Part shown: in pieces, positions 18,917 through 28,436 of the stretch
How positions within the stretch are numbered: position 1 is the stretch's first letter
How the letters are laid out: each line of letters starts with the position of its first letter
Origin: Robiginitomaculum sp.
GTDB lineage: Bacteria; Pseudomonadota; Alphaproteobacteria; Caulobacterales; Maricaulaceae
DNA length: 49,597 nucleotides
Direction of reading: 5' to 3'
Assembly: GCA_002733485.1 (NCBI GenBank)
Contig: NVVU01000004.1
Span: forward strand, 26,836-76,432
Made by a program: the position numbers and the translations under genes
Notes under the pieces: generated by a model
The model's database searches: none
What the model saw: only the letters and a program-made list of their open reading frames with translations
Told to the model about the DNA's origin: nothing

Positions 18917-20143
18917 CTAAACCACGACCAGCATGGAGGCCAACGCCGCGCTCATCAGATTGGACAAAGACCCGGCGGCAATCGCTTTCAGCCCCATGCG
19001 CGAAATGTCGGCGCGGCGCTCGGGCGCAAGCCCCCCAAGACCACCCAGTAAAATGCCAAGGGACGAGAGATTGGCAAAACCGCAAAGCGCAAAAGTGACG
19101 ACCATCACCGTATGGGGGCTAAGGTTTTCCTGCACCTGTTGCAGGCTGGCATAGGCGACAAATTCGTTCAGCACCAATTTCTGGCCGATCAGATCGCCCG
19201 CCGCCATGGCTTCTTCCCAGGGGATGCCCAGCAAGAACATCAGCGGAGAAAACATCCACCCTAAAATGGCATTCATGGTGATGCCTTCAAAGCCAAAAAT
19301 CCCGGCAACGCCGCTAACCAGACCGTTCAGCAAGGCAATCAGCGCCACAAAGGCAATCAGCATGGCCCCGATATTAGCCGCAAGGCGCAAGCCTTCGGCC
19401 GCCCCAAGCGCCGCCGCATCAATGACATTGGAAGGCCGCGCGGTCTCGTCGTCCTTATCATCCACCAGCTCCACATGCTCTTCGGGCAGTGGTCCCACAT
19501 CAGGGCGGATGATCTTGGCCATGAGCAGCCCCCCCGGCGCAGCCATAAAACTGGCGGCGATGAGGTATTCAATATTCACACCCAAAAGGGCATAGCCGGC
19601 CAATATAGCCCCCGAGACAGAGGCCAGACCCGACACCATAACGGTGAACAGCTGATTATCGGTCAGGCGGGAAATATAAGGGCGAATGACCAGCGGGGCC
19701 TCTGTCTGACCCAAAAAGATATTGGCCGAAGCACACAGGCTTTCTATCCGTGAGGTGCCAATGACAAAGCGCAAGGCCCCGCCAAAGATTTTCACTATCC
19801 ATTGCATAATATGCAAATGGTATAAAACTGCCGTCAGGGATCCGATAAAGATAATTACCGGCAAAACCTGAACCGCAAACACAAAGCCAAGACTGGGTTC
19901 TGTGGCCAGACCACCAAAAACAAAGTTGATCCCCACCTTGGAGAAATCAATCACCACCTGAGCGCCATTGGATATGGAGGTCAGCACCCCTTTGCCAAAG
20001 GGAATATAAAGCACAAAGACCGCGATACTGGCCTGCAGGGCAAAGGCGGAACCGACAACACGAAAGTTAATTTTCTTGCGATTATCCGACAACAGAACTG
20101 CCAGTGCCAAAAGCACAATTATACCGATGATGGTGATCAGCAT
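18917..20143 (-). CDS. nupC: Concentrative nucleoside transporter (CNT/NupC family)
   Basis: VLPVIIF, ANIFLGQTEAPL, SFMAAPGG, KLVLNEFVAY, FALCGFAN. Confidence 0.92.
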   Translation of the reverse strand: MLITIIGIIVLLALAVLLSDNRKKINFRVVGSAFALQASIAVFVLYIPFGKGVLTSISNGAQVVIDFSKVGINFVFGGLATEPSLGFVFAVQVLPVIIFIGSLTAVLYHLHIMQWIVKIFGGALRFVIGTSRIESLCASANIFLGQTEAPLVIRPYISRLTDNQLFTVMVSGLASVSGAILAGYALLGVNIEYLIAASFMAAPGGLLMAKIIRPDVGPLPEEHVELVDDKDDETARPSNVIDAAALGAAEGLRLAANIGAMLIAFVALIALLNGLVSGVAGIFGFEGITMNAILGWMFSPLMFLLGIPWEEAMAAGDLIGQKLVLNEFVAYASLQQVQENLSPHTVMVVTFALCGFANLSSLGILLGGLGGLAPERRADISRMGLKAIAAGSLSNLMSAALASMLVVV

Positions 20144-20214
20144 GCCCCACCCCTCCCCTGATTAATTTTGCGCATTGAGGCATAGGCCAAAGCCGGGCGC
20201 AAGCACCTTGTGTT

Positions 20215-21588
20215 TTAAAAATCACCGCCAAGGGCCAGATACACATCCAGACGGGCATCAAGGCGGGCGCGTTGATTGGCCAGACGTGCCCGACTGGCAG
20301 AAAAGGCGCGCTGGCGGAGGGTCAACACATCCAGAAGATCGCTTTGCCCGGCCTGGTAACGCAATTGCGCCAGCCGCAGGGTTTCGTTGGCGGCGTCTTC
20401 GGCTTGTACAAGATAGCCTCCGCGCTCTTGCAGGGTGCGCCAGCGATCAAGACCGCCCTCGACCTCGGCATAAGCGTTCAGGACGCTATTGCCATAACGG
20501 GCCAGGCTTTGGCGCTGGCTGGCTTTGGCCGCTGCAATCCGGTTTTTGCGTAAATTCCCATCAAAAAGCGGTGCCGCAAGACGCGCCCCGAGATTCAGTG
20601 CCAAATTCGGGCCTTCAAAAAGCGTGTTCAAATTTTGCCCGGCGGCGGCCAGATCCGCAGACAGGTTCAAAGCGGGCCAACGATCCGCCTTGGCACGTGC
20701 GGTCAGCGCAAAGGCAGAGCGCACATCAGCCTTGGCGGCCAGTATGTCCGGGCGACGTTCCAGAAGCGCCACCGGCGTACCCGCCGGTATGGGACGCGCA
20801 TGGTCTGGCAGATTTGTCTTCAGTGCCGTTTTAGCATTGGGGTAGCGCCACAACAGCACCTCCAGCGCCCGCAGGGCATTACGGTGCGCATTTTTGGCGG
20901 CGCTAAAATTATCGCGAGCACTGGCCACATCTGATAGTGCCAGCACCAGATCCTGACGGGCAGAAAAGCCCACCCGTTTGCGTGCCTTCACAATCCCCAG
21001 CGTGTCTTCCTGTGCCTTCAGTGTTGAGGCACTCAGCTCGCTTTGCAATTGGGCTTCAATGGCCAGAAAATACGCCCGCGCGGTTTGTGCCGCCAGTGAC
21101 AAACGTGCTGATTTGAGGCGGGCATCGGCGGCTTGATAATCAGCAGCGGACGCGGCTTTGCCAGCGGATAATTTACCCCAAATATCGGCTTCCCAACTGG
21201 CCCCAAGGCCGGTGCGCAAAGCCGTGCGCGAGGACGAACCCCCACCTAGCGCGCCGCTTTCATTGGCCGAAGCACTTACATTCAGGCTCGGCAAAAGTGC
21301 CGCGCGGGATTGCCCCAATAGCGCCTTGGCACGCGCCACATTTTGCGCCGCGATTTCAATATCCCGATTGGCGTTCAGGGCTTCGGTTACCAAAGTGGTG
21401 AGTGCCGGATCAGCAAAATCATCCAGCCAGTGGCCACCGATCTCACCAGCAATGGTGTCTTGTGTCCAGGCCATGGGCGGCGGTATTTGCGCGGCGGTTT
21501 GCGCGTCTATTTTAGCCTGCGGCGGCGCATAGGTACAGCCCATCAGAAAGAGTGGCACGGCGGATATGGGGAAAAGAAGTTTATTCAT
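20215..21588 (-). CDS. Outer-membrane efflux lipoprotein (TolC/OprM family)
   Basis: Lipobox LMGC, W..F.DP.L..LV..AL..N, SWEADIWG, LLERRPDI, PLFDG, YLALGG. Confidence 0.9.
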   Translation of the reverse strand: MNKLLFPISAVPLFLMGCTYAPPQAKIDAQTAAQIPPPMAWTQDTIAGEIGGHWLDDFADPALTTLVTEALNANRDIEIAAQNVARAKALLGQSRAALLPSLNVSASANESGALGGGSSSRTALRTGLGASWEADIWGKLSAGKAASAADYQAADARLKSARLSLAAQTARAYFLAIEAQLQSELSASTLKAQEDTLGIVKARKRVGFSARQDLVLALSDVASARDNFSAAKNAHRNALRALEVLLWRYPNAKTALKTNLPDHARPIPAGTPVALLERRPDILAAKADVRSAFALTARAKADRWPALNLSADLAAAGQNLNTLFEGPNLALNLGARLAAPLFDGNLRKNRIAAAKASQRQSLARYGNSVLNAYAEVEGGLDRWRTLQERGGYLVQAEDAANETLRLAQLRYQAGQSDLLDVLTLRQRAFSASRARLANQRARLDARLDVYLALGGDF

Positions 21589-22810
21589 AACGAAGCGCAT
21601 CAATAGGGTTCAGGCGGGCCGCACGGCGCGCTGGGAAATAACCAAAGAAGAGACCCACAGCCACCGCAGCACCAAGGGAAATGAGGGTAATTTGCGGACT
21701 GATCGACATCTCCCACCCGCCGGTTTTCGCGGCAATCCATGAGCCGGCAAAGCCCAAAACCACACCGATCAGGCCCCCCGTGCCACACAAGACAATCGCC
21801 TCGGCCAGAAACTGGACCATGATGTCGCTGCCGCGTGCGCCAAGAGCCATACGCAGACCAATTTCACGGGTACGCTCGGTCACCGAGACCAGCATGATAT
21901 TCATCACCCCGACGCCGCCAACAAACAGCGCCACCGCCGCCATAAAGGCCAATAAAACGCCCATGGTGGCCTGGGTGGCGGAACGGGCGCGGACAAAATC
22001 GGCAATGTTAAAGACCATAAAGTCATCATCGGCCCCGGCTTTGATGCGCCGCCGCTCGCGCATGTACTCGCCCAGTTTATTTTGCGCCTCTTTTAAGTCA
22101 TAACCATCAGCCACCATCACCTCGATGCGGGACACATTTTTCGGTGTAGTGCGGTGGGCACCAATTATCCGGTTGCGCGCCGTGCCAAGAGGTATGAAAA
22201 TCACATCATCGCGATCAGAGCCAAAACTGCTTTGGCCTTTTTCTGATAAGACACCAATCACAGAAACCGGGACATTATTGACGCGAATACGCTGGCCCAA
22301 CGGGTCCGTGCCATCAAAAAGATTATCCACTATGGACTTGCCGATCACCGCCACTGCTGCGCCGGTCCGTACTTCGCGATCGGTAAAGACGCGCCCCTCT
22401 GTTGGCGTCCAGTCATGAATTTCAAAATAGGCCGCGTCCGTGCCAGTCAGGGACGTCGACCAATTGGTCTGCCCGGAAACTGCGGTGACGGACTTGCTTA
22501 ACTGGCCGCTAACCGCCTGCGCATAGGGCAAGCTGGCCAAGACTGCAATATCGGATTCGGTAAACGGTTTTGCCGCCCCCGCGCCAAGGGAACGACCACC
22601 CCGGCGCATCGAGCCCGGACGCAGGGTCAGGGTGCTGGCGCCCAGCGCCGAGATTTGCTCATCAATGCGCGCCTTGGCCCCCTCGCCCATGGCCATCATG
22701 GTCATTACCGAGGCCACGCCGATAATAATGCCCAGCATGGTCAGAAAGCTACGCAACAGATTGGCAAACAAAGCCTCTATGGCCGAAGCAAGGGCGACAG
22801 AGAATTTCAT
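21581..22810 (-). CDS. MacB-type ABC permease
   Basis: RSFLTMLGIIIGV, VGGVGVMNIMLVSVTERTREIGLR, PARRAARLNPIDALRYE. Confidence 0.92.
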   Translation of the reverse strand: MKFSVALASAIEALFANLLRSFLTMLGIIIGVASVMTMMAMGEGAKARIDEQISALGASTLTLRPGSMRRGGRSLGAGAAKPFTESDIAVLASLPYAQAVSGQLSKSVTAVSGQTNWSTSLTGTDAAYFEIHDWTPTEGRVFTDREVRTGAAVAVIGKSIVDNLFDGTDPLGQRIRVNNVPVSVIGVLSEKGQSSFGSDRDDVIFIPLGTARNRIIGAHRTTPKNVSRIEVMVADGYDLKEAQNKLGEYMRERRRIKAGADDDFMVFNIADFVRARSATQATMGVLLAFMAAVALFVGGVGVMNIMLVSVTERTREIGLRMALGARGSDIMVQFLAEAIVLCGTGGLIGVVLGFAGSWIAAKTGGWEMSISPQITLISLGAAVAVGLFFGYFPARRAARLNPIDALRYE

Positions 22811-23502
22811 GCGGCGCGCCTCTCATCACTTTCGATCAACCCGTCGCGAAAATGAATTCGACGCCGGGCAAACTCAGCCACTTCAGGCTCGTGGGTGACC
22901 AGAATAATGGTTATGCCGGTGGCGTTTAATTTAACCAGAAGCTCCATAATATCGGTAGAGGTTTTGGTGTCCAGTGCCCCGGTCGGCTCGTCCGCCAGAA
23001 TAATACGGGGGCGCCCAGCCAGCGCCCGGGCAATGGCCACACGCTGTTGCTGACCGCCCGAAAGCTGGGCCGGACGGTGATCCATACGATCCCCCAGCCC
23101 CACCAGTTCCAGACACTCACGGGCGCGGGCATCGGCATCAATTTGTTCGTGGCGCGCATAACGCAGCGGCAGTTTGACGTTTTGCAACGCATTGGCGCGC
23201 GGCAGCAGATTAAATTGCTGAAACACAAAGCCCAAAGTGCGGTTACGCAAATCAGCCAGATCATCGGGGCGCATAGTGGAAAGAGAATGCCCCTCGATCA
23301 GCATTTCACCGCTTGTCGGCTGGTCCAGCGCGCCGATCAAATTCATCAAGGTGGACTTTCCCGACCCGGAAGGCCCCATAATGGCGGTAAAGTCACCAGG
23401 CGCAATTTCAAGATCAATCCCGCGCAAAGCATGCACCTTTTGATCGCCCATGGCATACACCTTGGTCACGTTTCTGGCCTCAATGATTGGTGCCTGCCCC
23501 AT
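22807..23502 (-). CDS. MacB/LolD-type ABC ATP-binding protein
   Basis: GPSGSGKS, FVFQQFNL, LSGGQQQRVAIARAL, ILADEPTGALD, VTHE. Confidence 0.93.
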   Translation of the reverse strand: MGQAPIIEARNVTKVYAMGDQKVHALRGIDLEIAPGDFTAIMGPSGSGKSTLMNLIGALDQPTSGEMLIEGHSLSTMRPDDLADLRNRTLGFVFQQFNLLPRANALQNVKLPLRYARHEQIDADARARECLELVGLGDRMDHRPAQLSGGQQQRVAIARALAGRPRIILADEPTGALDTKTSTDIMELLVKLNATGITIILVTHEPEVAEFARRRIHFRDGLIESDERRAA

Positions 23503-23504
23503 GC

Positions 23505-24983
23505 TCAGCTTTTGCCGTCACTTTTGATCCGCAGCCGGGTGATAAAGGCATCGCCTTCCTTTACCCCGCGCAGAATTTCTACATTTTCGCCATCATCCAG
23601 CCCCAGTACCACCATGCGCGGCACCAGCGCCCCGTCTTCATTTTGCTGCCAGACCTGTACGCGTTTTACGTTGGCGCGTCTTTTTTGTTGCTGAACATAG
23701 GCGTCGTATTGTTCGCCGCTGAGATGGCGTTTTAGCACCCGCTCGATAATTGCACGGCGGCGCTGGCGCATACCATTACGATTAAACTGGGCCGCCGGGC
23801 TTTGTGCCAGCTTGGCAAAAGCCTGCATTTCTTTGCGCATATCCGTGCCAATGGCCTTTTGCGCCTCGGCGCTCACCCCGAGATCGGCAAACTGGCGAGC
23901 AAAGTCGCCGCCGCGCCGATTACCGCCGCCATTGGCGTTTCCACCGGCCCTGGCTTCGGCCACGGGCGGGCCGTTTTTGGGCGGAGAAAAGCGCAAAGCA
24001 CCCGAGGCAATACGCAAAACTTTTTCGCGTTTATCAGCGGTGATTTCCACATTGGCGGTCATGCCGGGAAGCAGTTTCATTTGCGAGTTTTGAGCCGCAA
24101 TCACCACCGTATAGGTGACCACATTTTGTAGCTCGGTCGCCACCAGACGCACCTGTTCCACTTCGCCGCTAAACTGGTCATCAGGGTAGGCATCAACGGT
24201 AAAGACCACCTTATCGCCTTCGGTAATGCCGCCAATATCGGCCTCGACCACCGCCGCGTCTATGCGAATATCGCCAAGGTCCTGTGCAATGCGAAAAAGA
24301 ACCGGCGCCGAAAAAGAGGCCGCCACGGTCTGGCCCACATCAATGGAGCGCTCGATCACCACCCCGTCAATGGGGGAGCGAATATAGGTGCGTTCAAAAT
24401 CCACATTGGCGGTTTCAAGGGCCGCTTCACGCTGGGTTTTTGAGGCCAGCGCACTTTGATGCTGGGCTTTGGCCAGCGCAACATCCGCTTTGGCCACCGC
24501 CAACGCGCGCTCGGTACTATCAAAAAGCGCCTGGGATATGGCATCTTCTTTCAGCAATTGTTCTTGCCGCTGATAGTCCTTTTTTGCCTGTTCCAGCGTC
24601 GCCATGGCGCGGGCAATACCCGCCACTTGCACGGCGACATTGGCGCTGGCGCTTAGCAGGTCTGCCTTGGCCTGTTGCACCCGTGTTTCGAAGGTTTGCG
24701 GGTCAATGCGCGCCACCAATTGCCCGGCTTTAACTTGCGAATTAAAATCGGCATAAAGCTCGACCACCTGCCCGGAAAGTTGTGAGCCGACCTCAACAGT
24801 GGTTAATGCCCGCACGGCCCCCGATGCGGCGACAATGCGCGCCACATCACCCCGGCCTACGCTGGCGGTTTCAATATCATAACGGCCACCCGCATTATCG
24901 GTTTTACCGCGCAGGCCCCACCATGCCAGAAGGGCAAGCGCCACCACACCTGCAAGCACCAATAATGGCGTGCGTTTCATCAT
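23505..24983 (-). CDS. MacA-like periplasmic adaptor
   Basis: VEVGSQLSG, IRSPIDGVV, GQTVAASFSAP, VVTYTV, LLPGMTA. Start approximate (AGGA RBS; ATGs at 24989, 24983 and 24980). Confidence 0.9.
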   Translation of the reverse strand: MMKRTPLLVLAGVVALALLAWWGLRGKTDNAGGRYDIETASVGRGDVARIVAASGAVRALTTVEVGSQLSGQVVELYADFNSQVKAGQLVARIDPQTFETRVQQAKADLLSASANVAVQVAGIARAMATLEQAKKDYQRQEQLLKEDAISQALFDSTERALAVAKADVALAKAQHQSALASKTQREAALETANVDFERTYIRSPIDGVVIERSIDVGQTVAASFSAPVLFRIAQDLGDIRIDAAVVEADIGGITEGDKVVFTVDAYPDDQFSGEVEQVRLVATELQNVVTYTVVIAAQNSQMKLLPGMTANVEITADKREKVLRIASGALRFSPPKNGPPVAEARAGGNANGGGNRRGGDFARQFADLGVSAEAQKAIGTDMRKEMQAFAKLAQSPAAQFNRNGMRQRRRAIIERVLKRHLSGEQYDAYVQQQKRRANVKRVQVWQQNEDGALVPRMVVLGLDDGENVEILRGVKEGDAFITRLRIKSDGKS

Positions 24984-25148
24984 CTTCATTCCTGTCAAAG
25001 CTCTCAATCCTTCACCAACGCCGCACTGTTGGCATTTCCGTCGCTTGATACAAGGTGAATGCTGTTTATGACAGAAGTTTCATAAAATCGTCCATTGCGA
25101 ACCCTACTGCATTTGCCCTGCTAGCTCGGTTTTCTTGTGCCATTGTCC

Positions 25149-25157
25149 TGATATACT
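25149..25157 (+). promoter_or_regulatory. Extended -10 promoter of the SRP RNA gene
   Basis: TG-A-TATACT ending 7 nt before the predicted SRP RNA 5' end. Confidence 0.5.
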
Positions 25158-25164
25158 CGTATCC

Positions 25165-25257
25165 GGAGGCTGGCAGTGGACGAGTGTCTCGCCAACCCGG
25201 TCAGATCCGGAAGGAAGCAGCCGTAACGAGTTTTTCTTGGGTCGTTGTTCAGTCTCC
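25165..25257 (+). ncRNA. ffs: Signal recognition particle RNA (4.5S)
   Basis: Domain IV motif GTCAGATCCGGAAGGAAGCAGC, terminal stem GGAGGCTG/CAGTCTCC, and the usual position upstream of dnaX. Confidence 0.95.
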
Positions 25258-25330
25258 ACTTATCCCCTTCTTTCCTGCATTTGTTTTTCAAACGCTGGCC
25301 TGTGCCCAAAGGGCGCGCTAAAGTGCGCCC

Positions 25331-27115
25331 ATGAGCGCAAACGATTCTTCTTCATCCCCAGAGACACCCGAAGCTGGCCTTGGCCTCGACCTGCCCGAAA
25401 CAGCATCAGGCGACAAAGGCTATCAGGTACTGGCGCGTAAATACCGTCCGCAATGTTTTGAAGACCTGATCGGTCAGGATCCCATGGTGCGCACGCTCAG
25501 TAATGCGTTTGCCACCAATCGGGTGGCCCATGCCTTTATGCTGACCGGCGTGCGCGGGGTGGGCAAAACCACAACGGCGCGCCTTCTGGCCCGAGCCTTG
25601 AATTATGAGCGCGACGGCGTGGATGGGCCGAGCGTATCGCTGAACCCGCCCGGCGTGCACTGCGCCGCCATTGCCGCCTCGCGCCATGTTGATGTGATGG
25701 AAATGGATGCGGCCTCGCATACCGGCATTGCCGATATTCGTGAAATTTTGGACAGTGTGCGCTACGCCCCGGTTTCGGCGCGCTATAAAGTCTATATCAT
25801 TGACGAAGTGCACATGCTCTCCACCTCGGCGTTTAATGCGCTCTTAAAAACGCTGGAAGAGCCGCCTCCCCACGCCAAGTTTATTTTTGCCACCACGGAA
25901 ATTCGCAAAGTGCCAGTGACCGTGCTTTCGCGCTGCCAGCGTTTTGATCTGGCGCGCATTGGCCGTGAGCAATTGATCGCGCATTTGCAAAACATTTGCG
26001 AAAAAGAAGGTGCAGAGGTCGCTCCGGACGGTCTGGCGCTGATTTCCCGCGCCGCCGAAGGTTCGGTCCGCGATGCGCTCTCCATTCTGGATCAGGCGCT
26101 GGTACAAGAAGAAGGCAAGAAACAGGTTTCCGGCGAGGACATTCGCACCATGTTGGGGCTGGCCGATCGCATCCGGGTTCTGGACCTTTTTGCCATGGCG
26201 GCGCGCGGCGACGCGGTGGCCTGTTGCACCGAATTGCACAGCCAGTTCGAGGCCGGGGCCGACCCGCTGATTGTGCTGCGCGACCTGCTGGATCATTGTC
26301 ACCAATGCACCCGCGCCAGCATTATGGGCGAGGCGGCAACGCTTGAAGATTATGGCGATAGCGCCGAACTGGTCCGGGCGCTGGGGGCTGAGTTCAGCCT
26401 TGGGCAATTGGCTCGGCTCTGGCAAATGTTGCTCAAAGCCTTGGACGAGGCCCGCCTTGCGCCAGACCCTTTAAGTGCCACAGAAATGGCGCTGATCCGC
26501 ATTTGCACCGCCGCCGGCCTACCCGGCCCGGAAGAGGCGGCGCGCCTGCTGCAAGACGGGGGCAGCAAAAACGCGGTTGCGCCAACGGACACACCATCAC
26601 CTTCTGCTGCGCAAGACCCGGCCCCGCGTGCCATCCATAGCAGCGGTGGCAATGGCGGCGGCACCAGCGCCGCCCACGCCGTTCAGCCACAAATCGAAGA
26701 CGCCCCTGCGCCCAACGCCGCCCCGCAAATGCATCTGCATAACCTGGAAGATGTGGTGGCGCTGCTGAATGAAAAGCGTGAAATGCAGCTCTGCGCCATG
26801 GTGCGCCGCTGTGTGCATCTGGTCAGTTTTCGCCCCGGTGCCATTGTGTTTGAACCGGGCAAGGATGCCCCGGCGGATATGGCGCCGCAATTGACAAAGT
26901 TTTTGCGCGATCAAACCGGCGAGACCTGGTTAATCAGCCTTGATGGCAAGGCCAAGGGCGCACCAACACTGGCCCAGCAGAAAAAAGAAAAAGACGCGAA
27001 CATCCGCCTTGAAATTGAACAATCACCCCAGATGCAGGACATTATGAGCGCCTTCCCGGGCGCCAAAATTGTCAGCATTAAAACCCCAAAAACCCGAGGC
27101 AAAGACACATCATGA
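25331..27115 (+). CDS. dnaX: DNA polymerase III subunit gamma/tau
   Basis: YQVLARKYRP, GVRGVGKT, EMDAAS, IIDEVHML, LLKTLEEPP, SRCQRF, C-terminal FPGAKI. Confidence 0.96.
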   Translation: MSANDSSSSPETPEAGLGLDLPETASGDKGYQVLARKYRPQCFEDLIGQDPMVRTLSNAFATNRVAHAFMLTGVRGVGKTTTARLLARALNYERDGVDGPSVSLNPPGVHCAAIAASRHVDVMEMDAASHTGIADIREILDSVRYAPVSARYKVYIIDEVHMLSTSAFNALLKTLEEPPPHAKFIFATTEIRKVPVTVLSRCQRFDLARIGREQLIAHLQNICEKEGAEVAPDGLALISRAAEGSVRDALSILDQALVQEEGKKQVSGEDIRTMLGLADRIRVLDLFAMAARGDAVACCTELHSQFEAGADPLIVLRDLLDHCHQCTRASIMGEAATLEDYGDSAELVRALGAEFSLGQLARLWQMLLKALDEARLAPDPLSATEMALIRICTAAGLPGPEEAARLLQDGGSKNAVAPTDTPSPSAAQDPAPRAIHSSGGNGGGTSAAHAVQPQIEDAPAPNAAPQMHLHNLEDVVALLNEKREMQLCAMVRRCVHLVSFRPGAIVFEPGKDAPADMAPQLTKFLRDQTGETWLISLDGKAKGAPTLAQQKKEKDANIRLEIEQSPQMQDIMSAFPGAKIVSIKTPKTRGKDTS

Positions 27116-27447
27116 CCGATATTGCAGGCCTGATGAAACAGGCGCAGGAAATGCAGACCAAACTGGCCGATGCCCAAAAAGAACTGGCCAATCGTGACGT
27201 GCAAGGCCGCGCCGGTGGCGGCATGGTCTCGGTCACATTAAACGGCAAGGGCGAAGCCCGCACGGTGCACATCGACCCCACCCTGATGAGCGATGGGGGC
27301 AAGGCCGCAGAGGTTCTCGAAGACCTGATTGTCGCTGCCATCAATGATGCCCGGCGCAAGGTAGACGAGGTGGCCCGCGAAGAAATGGCCAAAGTTGCCG
27401 GCCCGCTGGCGGGTATGATGCCCAGCGGCTTCACCCCTATGGGCTGA
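27112..27447 (+). CDS. ybaB: YbaB/EbfC nucleoid-associated protein
   Basis: MKQAQEMQ, G.AGGGMVSVT..GK, LEDLIVAAINDA; ATGA overlap with dnaX. Confidence 0.92.
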   Translation: MTDIAGLMKQAQEMQTKLADAQKELANRDVQGRAGGGMVSVTLNGKGEARTVHIDPTLMSDGGKAAEVLEDLIVAAINDARRKVDEVAREEMAKVAGPLAGMMPSGFTPMG

Positions 27448-27530
27448 ACTAAAGACGCCCTTCCTCTTGCCGCACAGCCGCCACCGTCTTACACAGTCGC
27501 AAACTGATTAATGACGTGATGGAGGCCCCA

Positions 27531-28277
27531 ATGGCCGGACACTCAAAATGGGCAAATATTCAGCACCGCAAGGGACGTCAGGACAAGGCGCGCTCGAAGC
27601 TGTTTTCCAAACTCTCCAAGGAAATTGCCATTGCTGCCAAAATGGGCGGCGGTGATCCGGAGGGCAATCCGCGCCTGCGTCTGGCCATCAATAATGCCAA
27701 ATCACAATCCGTGCCCAAAGACAATATTCAACGCGCCATCGACAAAGCCACCGGGGCAGATGGGGCCGAGTATGAAGAAATTCGTTATGAGGGCTTTGGC
27801 CCGGCAGGCATTGGCGTCATTGTCGAGGTTTCTACCGACAATAAAAACCGCGCCGCCGCTGAAGTGCGCACCGCCTTTGCCAAAAATGGCGGTAATTTGG
27901 GCGAAACCGGATCGGTCGCCTTTATGTTCGATCAGGTCGGCGAAGTGCAATATAAAGCCGAAATTGCCGATGAAGATGCCATGTTGGAAGCGGCGATTGA
28001 GGCCGGGGCCGAAGACGTGGTTTCTGACGAAGACACCCACATTATCTATTGCGCCCGCGAAGACCTGCACGACGTGGTCAAGGCGCTGGAAACCAGCTTT
28101 GGTGAGCCATCTTCGGCCAATATGATCTGGAAGCCGCAAAACACCATTGAGGTGGGGGCCGACAAAGCCCCGACCTTGATGAAAATGCTGGACGCGCTGG
28201 AAGATTCTGACGATGTGCAGAACATCTATGCCAATTTCGATATTTCCGAAGAGGTGATGGAAGCCTTAGGCGACTAG
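27531..28277 (+). CDS. yebC: YebC/PmpR family protein
   Basis: [52 protein letters not shown]. Confidence 0.95.
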   Translation: MAGHSKWANIQHRKGRQDKARSKLFSKLSKEIAIAAKMGGGDPEGNPRLRLAINNAKSQSVPKDNIQRAIDKATGADGAEYEEIRYEGFGPAGIGVIVEVSTDNKNRAAAEVRTAFAKNGGNLGETGSVAFMFDQVGEVQYKAEIADEDAMLEAAIEAGAEDVVSDEDTHIIYCAREDLHDVVKALETSFGEPSSANMIWKPQNTIEVGADKAPTLMKMLDALEDSDDVQNIYANFDISEEVMEALGD

Positions 28278-28290
28278 GAAAATCCGTTTT

Positions 28291-28420
28291 GTCATTCCGG
28301 CGCCCCCCACCCCGGTTTGGCTTCATAATTGTTCTTTCTGCCCCCCTCCTCATCCTGAGCTTGTCGAAGGAGCGGACGAGCAGGCAGGCCGAGCTGGATG
28401 CCGGTTTTCACCGGCATGAC
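28291..28420. repeat. Composite REP-like element: GTCAT...ATGAC family carrying a half CTCATCCTGAGCTTGTCGAAGGA unit
   Basis: GTCATTCCGG at 28291, CTGGATGCCGGTTTTCACCGGCATGAC ending at 28420, and internal CCTCATCCTGAGCTTGTCGAAGGA (28348-28371) identical to the arm at 31320. Confidence 0.8.
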
Positions 28421-28436
28421 GGCAAAGTTTATATGG

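Noticed and set aside
20215..24983. MacAB-TolC-type operon as a novel system
   Set aside because: Ordinary architecture; no cargo peptide or biosynthetic gene is visible next to it.
26978..26995. Possible dnaX -1 frameshift site (A-rich run)
   Set aside because: The codons are AAA AAA GAA, not A AAA AAG in phase, and the run lies near the C-terminus with no evident stimulatory hairpin.
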